From contig JAITQO010000006.1 of the NCBI GenBank assembly GCA_031288835.1, positions 132,340-164,339 on the forward strand: a DNA stretch of 32,000 bases, in the 5' to 3' direction. The position numbers and the translations under genes are program-made. Origin of the DNA: Rickettsiales bacterium (GTDB lineage: Bacteria; Pseudomonadota; Alphaproteobacteria; Rs-D84). Shown here piece by piece: positions 8,056 through 14,884 of this stretch. The notes under the pieces were generated by a model. It searched no databases, was not told the origin of the DNA, and saw only the letters and a list, made by a program, of their open reading frames with translations. The stretch's first letter is position 1. Each line of letters begins with the position of its first letter.

Positions 8056-8310
8056 ATGAAAGATATTAAAAATGCGGGGAAGCTTTTTCGTTGCGAAAAA
8101 AAGCCTTATTATGATAAGCCCCCATATGACAATTTTGATGAAAAAAATATTGAATATATAAGAGAGCATATTTGTGACAAAACAGTAGAGCAAATAGTGG
8201 CCCCAGCGCTGGAGCAGCGGGCACTAGTGTCGCGTCCTTTAGCGGCTTGTGAGATTACGACTACTTTGGCAAGCCGGAGGCTTGTTGCAGAGGCTTTGTT
8301 GGGTCGTTAA
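8056..8310 (+). CDS. Hypothetical ORF of doubtful coding status
   Basis: 84 aa. The AT-rich 5' half encodes MKDIKNAGKLFRCEKKPYYDKPPYDNFDEKNIEYIREH. The GC-rich 3' half is full of local palindromes. I found no convincing SD and no recognisable family. Confidence 0.2.
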   Translation: MKDIKNAGKLFRCEKKPYYDKPPYDNFDEKNIEYIREHICDKTVEQIVAPALEQRALVSRPLAACEITTTLASRRLVAEALLGR

Positions 8311-8406
8311 TAAGAGCCTTAATATTCCTTACAAGGCCTGCCTCGTAAAACTTATTAGTTCTAAACTCGCTTGTTTCCTTCAATCAAAATAAAACGAAAT
8401 GAAATC

Positions 8407-8428
8407 GAAGCCCGCCCAGGCGGGCTTC
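8407..8428. terminator. Strong GC hairpin (9-bp stem, 4-nt loop)
   Basis: GAAGCCCGC, loop CCAG, then GCGGGCTTC. An A-rich tract lies upstream and the T-rich tract is on the complementary strand only. It sits just upstream of the DUF374 gene promoter, so it may insulate or act bidirectionally. Confidence 0.4.
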
Positions 8429-8437
8429 CTTACTCTC

Positions 8438-8466
8438 TTGAAATCCTCGGCGTTTGCCGCTATAAT
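8438..8466 (+). promoter_or_regulatory. Near-consensus sigma70 promoter placed for a leaderless transcript of the DUF374 gene
   Basis: TTGAAA (8438-8443), a 17-nt spacer, then TATAAT (8461-8466). The ATG at 8474 is only 7 nt after the -10 box. Confidence 0.5.
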
Positions 8467-8473
8467 TCAGATT

Positions 8474-9184
8474 ATGAAGAAAATCAGAAAAAAGATTTTC
8501 ACAGCGATAAAATCCTTCGGCCCCGTCCAGTGGCTGATTGCCCTATTTTTTTATTTCGGCATAAAACTGGTGTATTGGACGTCGAAAAAGGAAATCCGCG
8601 GCGATTATATTTTCCGGGACTTCAAAGGGCACCCGGCGATTTTCGTTTTCTGGCACGGGCGCAGCATGATGCTGTCGCCAATCGTCAGGCGGTTCGGACA
8701 TCACGGATACGCCATTTCTTCAAAGCACCGCGACGGGCGCATGATGGCGAAGCTGCAGCGCATGTTCGGGTTAAGGCCGATTTTCGGCAGCACGCGGCAC
8801 GGCGGCGTGAACGTTCTGCGCCAGGGCGTCAAAATGCTTAGGAACAACAATATCTTGTGCCTGTCGCCCGACGGCCCGAGGGGGCCGCGCATGCGGCTGA
8901 ACGACGGGTGCGTTTATTTCGCGAAGATGTCTGGCGCGCCGATTATCCCCGTTTGTTTCACCACGACGAGACCGTGGTTTCAGGACAGGTGGGACAAATA
9001 TCTGATTGCGAAGATGTTCGGGAAAATAATCTGCGTGGCGGGCGCGCCGATTTATTATGACAAATCGAATCCGAACGAAACGCTGGACATGCATAAAAAA
9101 CTGGAGGATTACATGGTCATGCAATTGCAGCAATTGGACAAAGAGGTCGGACTGCCGGTCATGGAGCAGGAGCCCGAAAGGTGA
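8474..9184 (+). CDS. DUF374-family lysophospholipid-acyltransferase-like protein
   Basis: The motifs FWHGRSMMLSP, SSKHRDGRMMAKL, FGLRPIFGSTRHGG, LSPDGPRGPR and MSGAPIIPV fit the DUF374 pattern usually found beside waaA/lpxK. The track start at 8399 would translate the hairpin and promoter, so the ATG at 8474 (MKKIRKKIF) is preferred. Confidence 0.75.
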   Translation: MKKIRKKIFTAIKSFGPVQWLIALFFYFGIKLVYWTSKKEIRGDYIFRDFKGHPAIFVFWHGRSMMLSPIVRRFGHHGYAISSKHRDGRMMAKLQRMFGLRPIFGSTRHGGVNVLRQGVKMLRNNNILCLSPDGPRGPRMRLNDGCVYFAKMSGAPIIPVCFTTTRPWFQDRWDKYLIAKMFGKIICVAGAPIYYDKSNPNETLDMHKKLEDYMVMQLQQLDKEVGLPVMEQEPER

Positions 9185-9190
9185 TATGAC

Positions 9191-10147
9191 ATGATAACGC
9201 CGTTTTGGTTTCGCAATTTCAATCTGTTCGCGGTCTTGCTGCTGCCTTTGTCGGCCGCATATTTTCTGTTGTCGAAAGTTTTTTTTATCCCCCGGTTGTT
9301 TTGCGGAAAAATATCAAAAACACCGGTGATTTCGATTGAAAAATCATATCTTGGCGCCGCCGAAACAACCCCTTTTGTTCGTGAGATTGCGAAATACTTG
9401 GGCGCGCCCGTCATAGTGCCCGGCCGCGGCCGCGGTTCGAAGGCCAGGGCATCGGACAGCGCGCGCGAGGCTGGCGTTCCGGCGAAAATACTGTCCGCGT
9501 CCGGCATAGACGTTTATATCGGAAACGCCCCGGAAAACATAAGCGCAATCGATTATGCCGAATCAAAGGTTCCGGCGATTGTTTTGGATGGCGCCTGGAA
9601 CGGCGCAAAGAACGGCATTTCAATTCTATTTTTCGACGAAAGCGCCGGGAACTCGTTTCTGTTGCCCGCGGGCCCGATGCGCGAGACGCCGCGTTCCGGG
9701 GTTCGACGGTGCGATGCGGTTTTGCTGGAGCACAATAATGCCGCGGCCGCGAATCTTCGCATACTGAAGGTGGCAAAAAAGGCAAAAAAGCCGGTATTTT
9801 TTGCAAGGTGCGAACTTGACGCGACGGGGTTGTTCGGCAAATACGTCGCGTTCGCCAGCGGCGATGCGAACGTTTTTTTTGACGCTCTGAGAAATGTAAT
9901 CAGCATTCGCGTCGTTGAAAGGGTTCCGTTCCGCGGAAACCATTTTTATACCAGGGATGAAATCGTAAAATTGTTTCGGCTGGCGAAAAAATACGACGCC
10001 CGTTTGGTTTGCTCCGAGAACGACTGGAACAAATTGCCGCGCAACATTCAGCAAAAGGTTCGCTTTGTGCCAAAGAAAGTAACGCTGCAGCCGAACTTTT
10101 ACGTATGGCTTGAAAAGAAACTTGGGGTTGAAAATGAAGAAGGTTGA
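9191..10147 (+). CDS. lpxK: LpxK (tetraacyldisaccharide 4'-kinase) homologue with degenerate catalytic motifs
   Basis: The N-terminal membrane helix, LLPLS, LPAGPMRE, DAVLL and the C-terminal SENDWNK align with LpxK. The P-loop GNxxxGGxGKTP reads EKSYLGAAETTP, SRGYG reads GRGRG, and DDGxQH reads LDGAWN. Confidence 0.7.
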   Translation: MITPFWFRNFNLFAVLLLPLSAAYFLLSKVFFIPRLFCGKISKTPVISIEKSYLGAAETTPFVREIAKYLGAPVIVPGRGRGSKARASDSAREAGVPAKILSASGIDVYIGNAPENISAIDYAESKVPAIVLDGAWNGAKNGISILFFDESAGNSFLLPAGPMRETPRSGVRRCDAVLLEHNNAAAANLRILKVAKKAKKPVFFARCELDATGLFGKYVAFASGDANVFFDALRNVISIRVVERVPFRGNHFYTRDEIVKLFRLAKKYDARLVCSENDWNKLPRNIQQKVRFVPKKVTLQPNFYVWLEKKLGVENEEG

Positions 10148-11120
10148 AATATCGGGCGTCGGGATTCATTCCGGCGTCGAATCAAGCATAACTGTCCGGG
10201 CGACGGATTCGGGCGGAATCGTTTTTATAAGGAACGGGGTTCGAATTCCGGCGTTGTATAAAAATGTGGCCAACGCCATGTTGCGCAACACCGCAATCGG
10301 AATTCCGCCGAACGAGGTGACGACAATCGAGCATTTCATGGCCGCGATGTTCGTTTGCGGGATTGCGAACGCGGAAATAGAAATCGACGGCCCCGAGATG
10401 CCGATTCTGGACGGCGCCGCCGCGGAATTGATTGGCAGATTGAAGGGCTTGGTTCCGGCGGTCCAGTCCGGTCTTCTGGTTGTTAAAAACGAGGTTGTCG
10501 CAAGGCGGGGGGAATTGGATAAAAAACTGCCGTGGTGGATAAAGGCTGCCAACTTTATTTGCGGGCGGCGGCGGGACGGCTATGTCAAGCTGTCGCCGTC
10601 CGATGGAAAAAGACTGGAAATTTTCGCCCGGCTGATTTACAAGGAACCGGTCATCGGCGACCAAAAATACGCGTTTGTTTTCGACTATGGCGATTTCGGC
10701 GCATCGGCCGCGGATTTTGAGAAAACCATCGCAAAGGCGCGGACATTCGGAACAGTCGGCGAGTGGGAATGGCTGAAAAGGCGCGGCATGGGGCGGGGCG
10801 CGAATGAGCGGAATGTTATCGCGCTTGGCACTATAAGCGAATTGGAAAGGCTGCAGAGGCTTGGCCTGGGGTGCGGCGTGAAAGCGGAAAACATAACGTC
10901 GGCGGGAAAAAACGACGTCGTAGCGCTGACGAGGCTTTATTACCCCGACGAATTCGTCCGGCACAAAATCATCGATATTGTCGGCGACCTTTACATGTCG
11001 GGATTTCGCGTCGCCGGAAAGATTGATTCGTTCAAGGGCAGCCACGCGCTGAACAATCTCGCGCTCAGAAAATTATTCAGCAATGCGGAAAATTATGATA
11101 TAATTCCGTTTGAGATATGA
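10134..11120 (+). CDS. lpxC: UDP-3-O-acyl-N-acetylglucosamine deacetylase LpxC
   Basis: ISGVGIHSG, TTIEHFMAA, DGPEMPILDGAAA, KARTFG, FVRHKIIDIVGDLYMSG and KGSHALNN all match LpxC, so the zinc and catalytic residues appear present. The ATG at 10134 overlaps the lpxK end by 14 nt; the track start is 10110. Confidence 0.85.
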   Translation: MKKVEISGVGIHSGVESSITVRATDSGGIVFIRNGVRIPALYKNVANAMLRNTAIGIPPNEVTTIEHFMAAMFVCGIANAEIEIDGPEMPILDGAAAELIGRLKGLVPAVQSGLLVVKNEVVARRGELDKKLPWWIKAANFICGRRRDGYVKLSPSDGKRLEIFARLIYKEPVIGDQKYAFVFDYGDFGASAADFEKTIAKARTFGTVGEWEWLKRRGMGRGANERNVIALGTISELERLQRLGLGCGVKAENITSAGKNDVVALTRLYYPDEFVRHKIIDIVGDLYMSGFRVAGKIDSFKGSHALNNLALRKLFSNAENYDIIPFEI

Positions 11121-11503
11121 AAAAAACGCTTGCATTTTTATTGCTCGGACTGGCGGCTTGCACGGGACTTGTCGAAAAAAATCCCGAAACGGAAAATATA
11201 ACGCAGCTTAGGGACGAGCCGATTGGATGCCAATTCCTCTACCGCCTTGAAGTCGACGCGCTGGTCTATAATAAGGAGGACGCCATCGCATACCTTGAAA
11301 ATCGCATCGTCGACCAGGCGCGGAAAGGAAACGCGTATTGGATTGTGTCAATCCGGACGAATCCGAAGGAATGGAAATTCTTCGGGCAGGAAAGGTCGTA
11401 TATAATAACGACGAACGTCTACAAATGCCCTGCGAACGTAATCACGCGGTCGGATTTGGAAAAAACCAGCGATTATCATTTGTATGACTGGGGCGAGGAA
11501 TAG
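11117..11503 (+). CDS. Small lipoprotein (DUF4156-like)
   Basis: The signal peptide MKKTLAFLLLGLAAC has a lipobox. Two further Cys residues and the GNAYWIV...VYKC pattern resemble DUF4156 lipoproteins. The start overlaps the lpxC stop (ATGA). Confidence 0.55.
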   Translation: MKKTLAFLLLGLAACTGLVEKNPETENITQLRDEPIGCQFLYRLEVDALVYNKEDAIAYLENRIVDQARKGNAYWIVSIRTNPKEWKFFGQERSYIITTNVYKCPANVITRSDLEKTSDYHLYDWGEE

Positions 11504-11608
11504 TCAGACATACGGCGCGAAAATCACGCATATGCCAAGCGCGAAGCCGATGAAAAAACCGACCTTGAGCCCGCTGACGAACGACGAACGCCTGCGACGA
11601 TACAGCAT
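11504..11608 (-). CDS. Possible 34-aa membrane peptide
   Basis: MLYRRRRSSFVSGLKVGFFIGFALGICVIFAPYV has a basic N-terminus followed by one TM helix. Its stop abuts the stop of the convergent lipoprotein gene. There is no homology evidence. Confidence 0.25.
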   Translation of the reverse strand: MLYRRRRSSFVSGLKVGFFIGFALGICVIFAPYV

Positions 11609-11671
11609 ATTTTTATGATAAGGCGGTTCGCCTTGGTTTGCAATCGGAACGATTTCCTATAGAATTAAGTC

Positions 11672-12151
11672 ATGTTTTTGAAAAATGTCGAATCTTTGCG
11701 GAATTATGCGGCCGGGTTTGCGAGGGAATTGCGGCCGCCGGTTTGCGTCGCGCTGCACGGCGAGCTCGGCGTCGGAAAGACCGAATTCGCGCGCGCCGCG
11801 ATTCGGGCGATGTGCGGCGAAGACATCGTTGTTCCAAGCCCGACGTTCACGTTGGTTCAGGAATACGAAATCCAAAGTCCGGAATCCGGCGGCCAAATCC
11901 CGCCGTCCGGATTTCAAACATTTCATTTTGATTTATACAGGGTGAATAGCGCCGAAGAATTGGAAGAAATCGGATTTTTTGACGTGATTTCGTCCGGCTT
12001 GGTCTTTGTCGAATGGCCGGAAATCGCAGCCGGTTTTCTACCCGAAAATACGATGCATGTTTATTTGTCCGTCAGCGGGGCAGGGCGGGAAGTAACGGTC
12101 GACCCATGTATGAAACCATCCTACCCTGTTGGATTTTCATCTGCGCAATGA
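11672..12151 (+). CDS. tsaE: tRNA t6A37 biosynthesis ATPase TsaE (YjeE)
   Basis: It has the P-loop LHGELGVGKTEF, then SPTFTLVQEY, HFDLYR and VFVEWPE, which are diagnostic TsaE motifs. Confidence 0.85.
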   Translation: MFLKNVESLRNYAAGFARELRPPVCVALHGELGVGKTEFARAAIRAMCGEDIVVPSPTFTLVQEYEIQSPESGGQIPPSGFQTFHFDLYRVNSAEELEEIGFFDVISSGLVFVEWPEIAAGFLPENTMHVYLSVSGAGREVTVDPCMKPSYPVGFSSAQ

Positions 12152-12266
12152 TATTTTCTCATTCGATAGCGCATGATGCGTATGTTGTAAGTGTCCCTTA
12201 TCGTCCGTTTGCGGACTTTCGTGTTGGCTTGGCGGAATCAGGGGTGAACTGATTTCTACATTGTGT

Positions 12267-12302
12267 GTGCCGGGGCATGCGGTGTCGCCGGCACTTGTTT
12301 TA
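12267..12302 (+). terminator. Candidate intrinsic terminator downstream of tsaE
   Basis: GTGCCGG (12267-12273) pairs with CCGGCAC (12288-12294) around a 14-nt loop. TTGTTTTA follows. Confidence 0.45.
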
Positions 12303-12406
12303 TATGAATTACCGACATCAATTTCCGTGTATCCGGGCGGACACAATGCCGATAGATTATGAGTTGCCAAAATTGGTAACTGAAATTCGAACTCCGGATG
12401 AATCGT

Positions 12407-12430
12407 CGCGCGTTTCGCGCGCATTTTTTA
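12407..12430 (+). terminator. Second compact GC hairpin plus T6
   Basis: The CGCGCG-TTT-CGCGCG palindrome at 12407-12421 is followed by CATTTTTTA. The T-run is on the plus strand only. Confidence 0.45.
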
Positions 12431-12532
12431 TTACCTGGATTACGTTGTCGTTTGGCAACGCGACGGAATGACGAGTCATGTTATAATTCCAATATTAGAA
12501 TGATAAAACCACTTTGATTATATTACCGAAAC

Positions 12533-14239
12533 TTATCTCTTTGGCAGCAGTTTCACGACCGCATCCGCAAAATCCGGCGCGTTGTGCAGAAAACTGCCGC
12601 TGACCAGAAAGTCCGCGCCCGCGTCCCAGCACAGTTGGGCGGTTTCATCGTTGATTCCGCCGTCCGCCGAAATCCGGTAATCAAAGCCGTATTTCGCGCG
12701 CGTGTTCGCGATAATCCGAATCCTTTTCGGCGTTTCCGGCCGAAATTGCTGCCCGCTGGCGCCGGGGGCGACGCCCATTACCATCACCTCGTCCAGCATG
12801 AACAGCAACTCCTTTCTCAAGTTCCCCAAATCAAAATCCGGATGCAGCGCCAATCCGCATTCCTTTCCCGTCATTTTTATTTTTTTCAGCGCCCCGACGA
12901 TGTTTCTTGTTCCGCTGGAAAGAATTATCGTGTCCGCTCCGTGCCGGGCGACAGGCTCAATCCACGCCATCGGGTCGTCGACCATCAGGTGCGCGTGCAT
13001 CCGCATGGGCGTCCTCGCGCGGATTTTCCGCATGTCGTCCAAGGTGCCCGACACGCGCGTTGTGTAAAATCCGTCCATTATATCCATGTGGATTTTGTTT
13101 ATTCCGACGCTTGAAAACATTTTGTAGAGATAGGCGTTGCCTATGTCCCAGCACATGACAGACGGAATAATCGGCACGTTTCTTCTCGGTTTCAACCCGG
13201 CCGGTTCCCGTCTTTTTATACCCATATTCTGCTTGAACATGTTTCCGAACGCGCCGACAACCGCATATTCGTCCAATATCGTTATTTCTTCCAATCCTTT
13301 GTTTTTAAGGATTAGAGAGTATATATTGTCGGGCGTCGTTCCGGCCCCGGTTATGAACATGCGTCGGCTGTCGGTTCTGAGCCCTCCTAGAATCTCGTCC
13401 ATAATCCGCTCGTTCGCCTCGTTCCATGCGTTCCATACGTCGCTGCGCGTGATTGAGCTGTGTATGTCCGATGCCGACACGTATTCGTCCGACTGCGCCG
13501 GCGGAACGTTCAGCGCGTCCAATTTTATTTTCTCGGCGTCCGCATGCCTTATGCCGAAATCCGCGGATATTTTTTTTGTTATTTCGTCTTGTCCCATTCC
13601 GATGTCGAACCTTTCGACCAGCCCCCTGTTTTTGCACACGCCGACCGATGTTTTCGTCTTGCCAAAATCGATGAACACGGCCGTTTCGTTTTTTTTGTGG
13701 TACGCCTTTCCCAGGAGATATATCGGGTCGTAGAATCCGAGCGGCGGAACGCACGCGGACATCAGCCCCCTTTTTATTTCTTCGATGATTTCGTCCGGAT
13801 ACGTTATGGCGTTGAAGCGGACGGAAAACGTGCCGCATGAAATGTCCCGCATGTTCGCGACGTCGCCGCCGTCGACCAGAAATTGCAGCGGAATCAGGTG
13901 CAGGGTCGCGTTCGCTGTGCAGCGCGCGTCCCGCGAGTTGAAAATCGCGTTGCAAACGTCTATCTGCCCCAGCCTTCGCGGCCTTGGGAAGCAGATGGTG
14001 TTTTTTCCGAACACGGATTCCACCGGCCCGAAATTTCCCGTGATGTGCGCGCCGCCGAACCGGACGTTTAATTTTTCTTCGATTGCGTCGATTGTCCGCG
14101 CCATGTTTTTCGCCGTGCTGTCGCCGCTTTCGGAGTGAAGGCAGCTCCGCGTCGTCCCGCCGTCGCACGCCATGCCGAATCCGCGCACGGTTTGGCTTCC
14201 CACGTCAAGCCCCAGAAAAGAAGTTTTTTTCCTAGACAA
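12533..14239 (-). CDS. ftsA: Fusion protein: FtsA-like actin-fold division protein (about aa 1-340) joined to a ribulose-phosphate 3-epimerase-like TIM barrel (about aa 355-568)
   Basis: It is one uninterrupted 568-aa ORF. The N-terminal part aligns with FtsA: FLGLDVGSQTV, LHLIPLQFLVDG, VFIDFGKTKTSVGV, GIRHADAEKIK, MFITGAGTT and YAVVGAFGNM. The C-terminal part aligns with Rpe: IIPSVMCWD, KIHMDIMDGFY, HAHLMV, VMGVAPGASGQQF, ISADGGI and FLVSGSF. The start is TTG, 3 nt after the ftsQ TAG and in the same frame. Confidence 0.8.
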   Translation of the reverse strand: MSRKKTSFLGLDVGSQTVRGFGMACDGGTTRSCLHSESGDSTAKNMARTIDAIEEKLNVRFGGAHITGNFGPVESVFGKNTICFPRPRRLGQIDVCNAIFNSRDARCTANATLHLIPLQFLVDGGDVANMRDISCGTFSVRFNAITYPDEIIEEIKRGLMSACVPPLGFYDPIYLLGKAYHKKNETAVFIDFGKTKTSVGVCKNRGLVERFDIGMGQDEITKKISADFGIRHADAEKIKLDALNVPPAQSDEYVSASDIHSSITRSDVWNAWNEANERIMDEILGGLRTDSRRMFITGAGTTPDNIYSLILKNKGLEEITILDEYAVVGAFGNMFKQNMGIKRREPAGLKPRRNVPIIPSVMCWDIGNAYLYKMFSSVGINKIHMDIMDGFYTTRVSGTLDDMRKIRARTPMRMHAHLMVDDPMAWIEPVARHGADTIILSSGTRNIVGALKKIKMTGKECGLALHPDFDLGNLRKELLFMLDEVMVMGVAPGASGQQFRPETPKRIRIIANTRAKYGFDYRISADGGINDETAQLCWDAGADFLVSGSFLHNAPDFADAVVKLLPKR

Positions 14240-14242
14240 TTT

Positions 14243-14884
14243 CTATTTCACAAGCGCGCGGCCGGCATCCCTTAAATCCAGCGTCGAGAACGATTTGCCG
14301 AGAATGCCGGAACCCGTTATTCGGCGAATCGCGTCCGCCTCGTTTCGTTCAGGCAACATCACGAGCGCGCCGCCCGCCAGCACTATGTTCCACCTGCGCC
14401 CCTCCGCATACTCCAAATAACGGATTCTTTTCGCCAGTTCCGGCGCCCCAGACAAAATCCTTATTATTTCCCCGACGCCATTCGGCAGCGCGCCGCGGAA
14501 TACGATGCCTTGCTCCGGCTTTTTCGGAAACGCGGCGCTTATATGCGCCCCGTTTTCCAGCAGCGGGTAAAACACTCCATCGTTTTCCCAGACGCCTACA
14601 ACCTTTTTATATTTGATTCGGACATCGGCCGTTCCGTTTTGGTTGTTCCTGACGGAAATATGCTCTATATTCGGGAACCGTTCCGCCAGTTCCGCGGGGA
14701 TTTTTCCCGGCGTTTTTGCATTTTTTGACAAGAATTGCCGGACATCGTCGCCAATCTTTCCAATGTTGGAATAAACGATAATTTTATTCGGCGGAACGTC
14801 TCCGATTGCGAACCGCACGGCCGCGTAAACCATAATCGCGCCGGCGGCGAACGCGCAAACGAAAAGGGGGAGTTTTCCTTTCAT
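14243..14884 (-). CDS. ftsQ: Cell division protein FtsQ
   Basis: 213 aa with an N-terminal TM segment, a POTRA-like region (ISVRNNQNGTADVRIKYKKVVGVWE) and the motif EGRRWNIVLAGGALVMLPE. It sits immediately upstream of the ftsA homologue. Confidence 0.8.
   Translation of the reverse strand: MKGKLPLFVCAFAAGAIMVYAAVRFAIGDVPPNKIIVYSNIGKIGDDVRQFLSKNAKTPGKIPAELAERFPNIEHISVRNNQNGTADVRIKYKKVVGVWENDGVFYPLLENGAHISAAFPKKPEQGIVFRGALPNGVGEIIRILSGAPELAKRIRYLEYAEGRRWNIVLAGGALVMLPERNEADAIRRITGSGILGKSFSTLDLRDAGRALVK

Noticed and set aside
8200-8430. tmRNA (one- or two-piece), SRP/4.5S RNA or RNase P RNA in the GC-rich structured tract.
   Set aside because: There is no GGTTCGA/T-arm plus CCA acceptor end. 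There is no tag ORF ending in a hydrophobic residue followed by Ala-Ala. There is no GGAAGCAGC-type SRP domain IV motif and no GAGGAAAGTCC RNase P motif.
8399-8473. The track's longer start (MKSKPAQAGFLTLL...) for the DUF374 gene.
   Set aside because: This N-terminal extension would translate a perfect GC hairpin and a near-consensus promoter. The conserved protein begins at MKKIRKK (8474).
10182-11045. A 287-aa minus-strand ORF antisense to lpxC. The 17102-18196 (364 aa), 16409-17056 and 19323-19928 minus-strand ORFs are similar.
   Set aside because: All lie antisense to genes with clear family motifs and have skewed Arg/Pro/His composition, which is typical of GC-rich third-position shadows.
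13305-14168. A 287-aa minus-strand ORF, plus several plus-strand ORFs, inside the ftsA::rpe gene.
   Set aside because: It is an off-frame Arg-rich translation (RRRDDAELPSLRKRRQHGEKHG...). The 568-aa frame has coherent FtsA and Rpe motifs.
14239-14245. ftsQ and ftsA::rpe are in the same frame, separated only by TAG-AAA, so stop-codon read-through could produce a polyprotein.
   Set aside because: Sharing a frame has a one-in-three chance expectation, and no read-through context or structure is evident. I treat it as ordinary coupling with a TTG restart.
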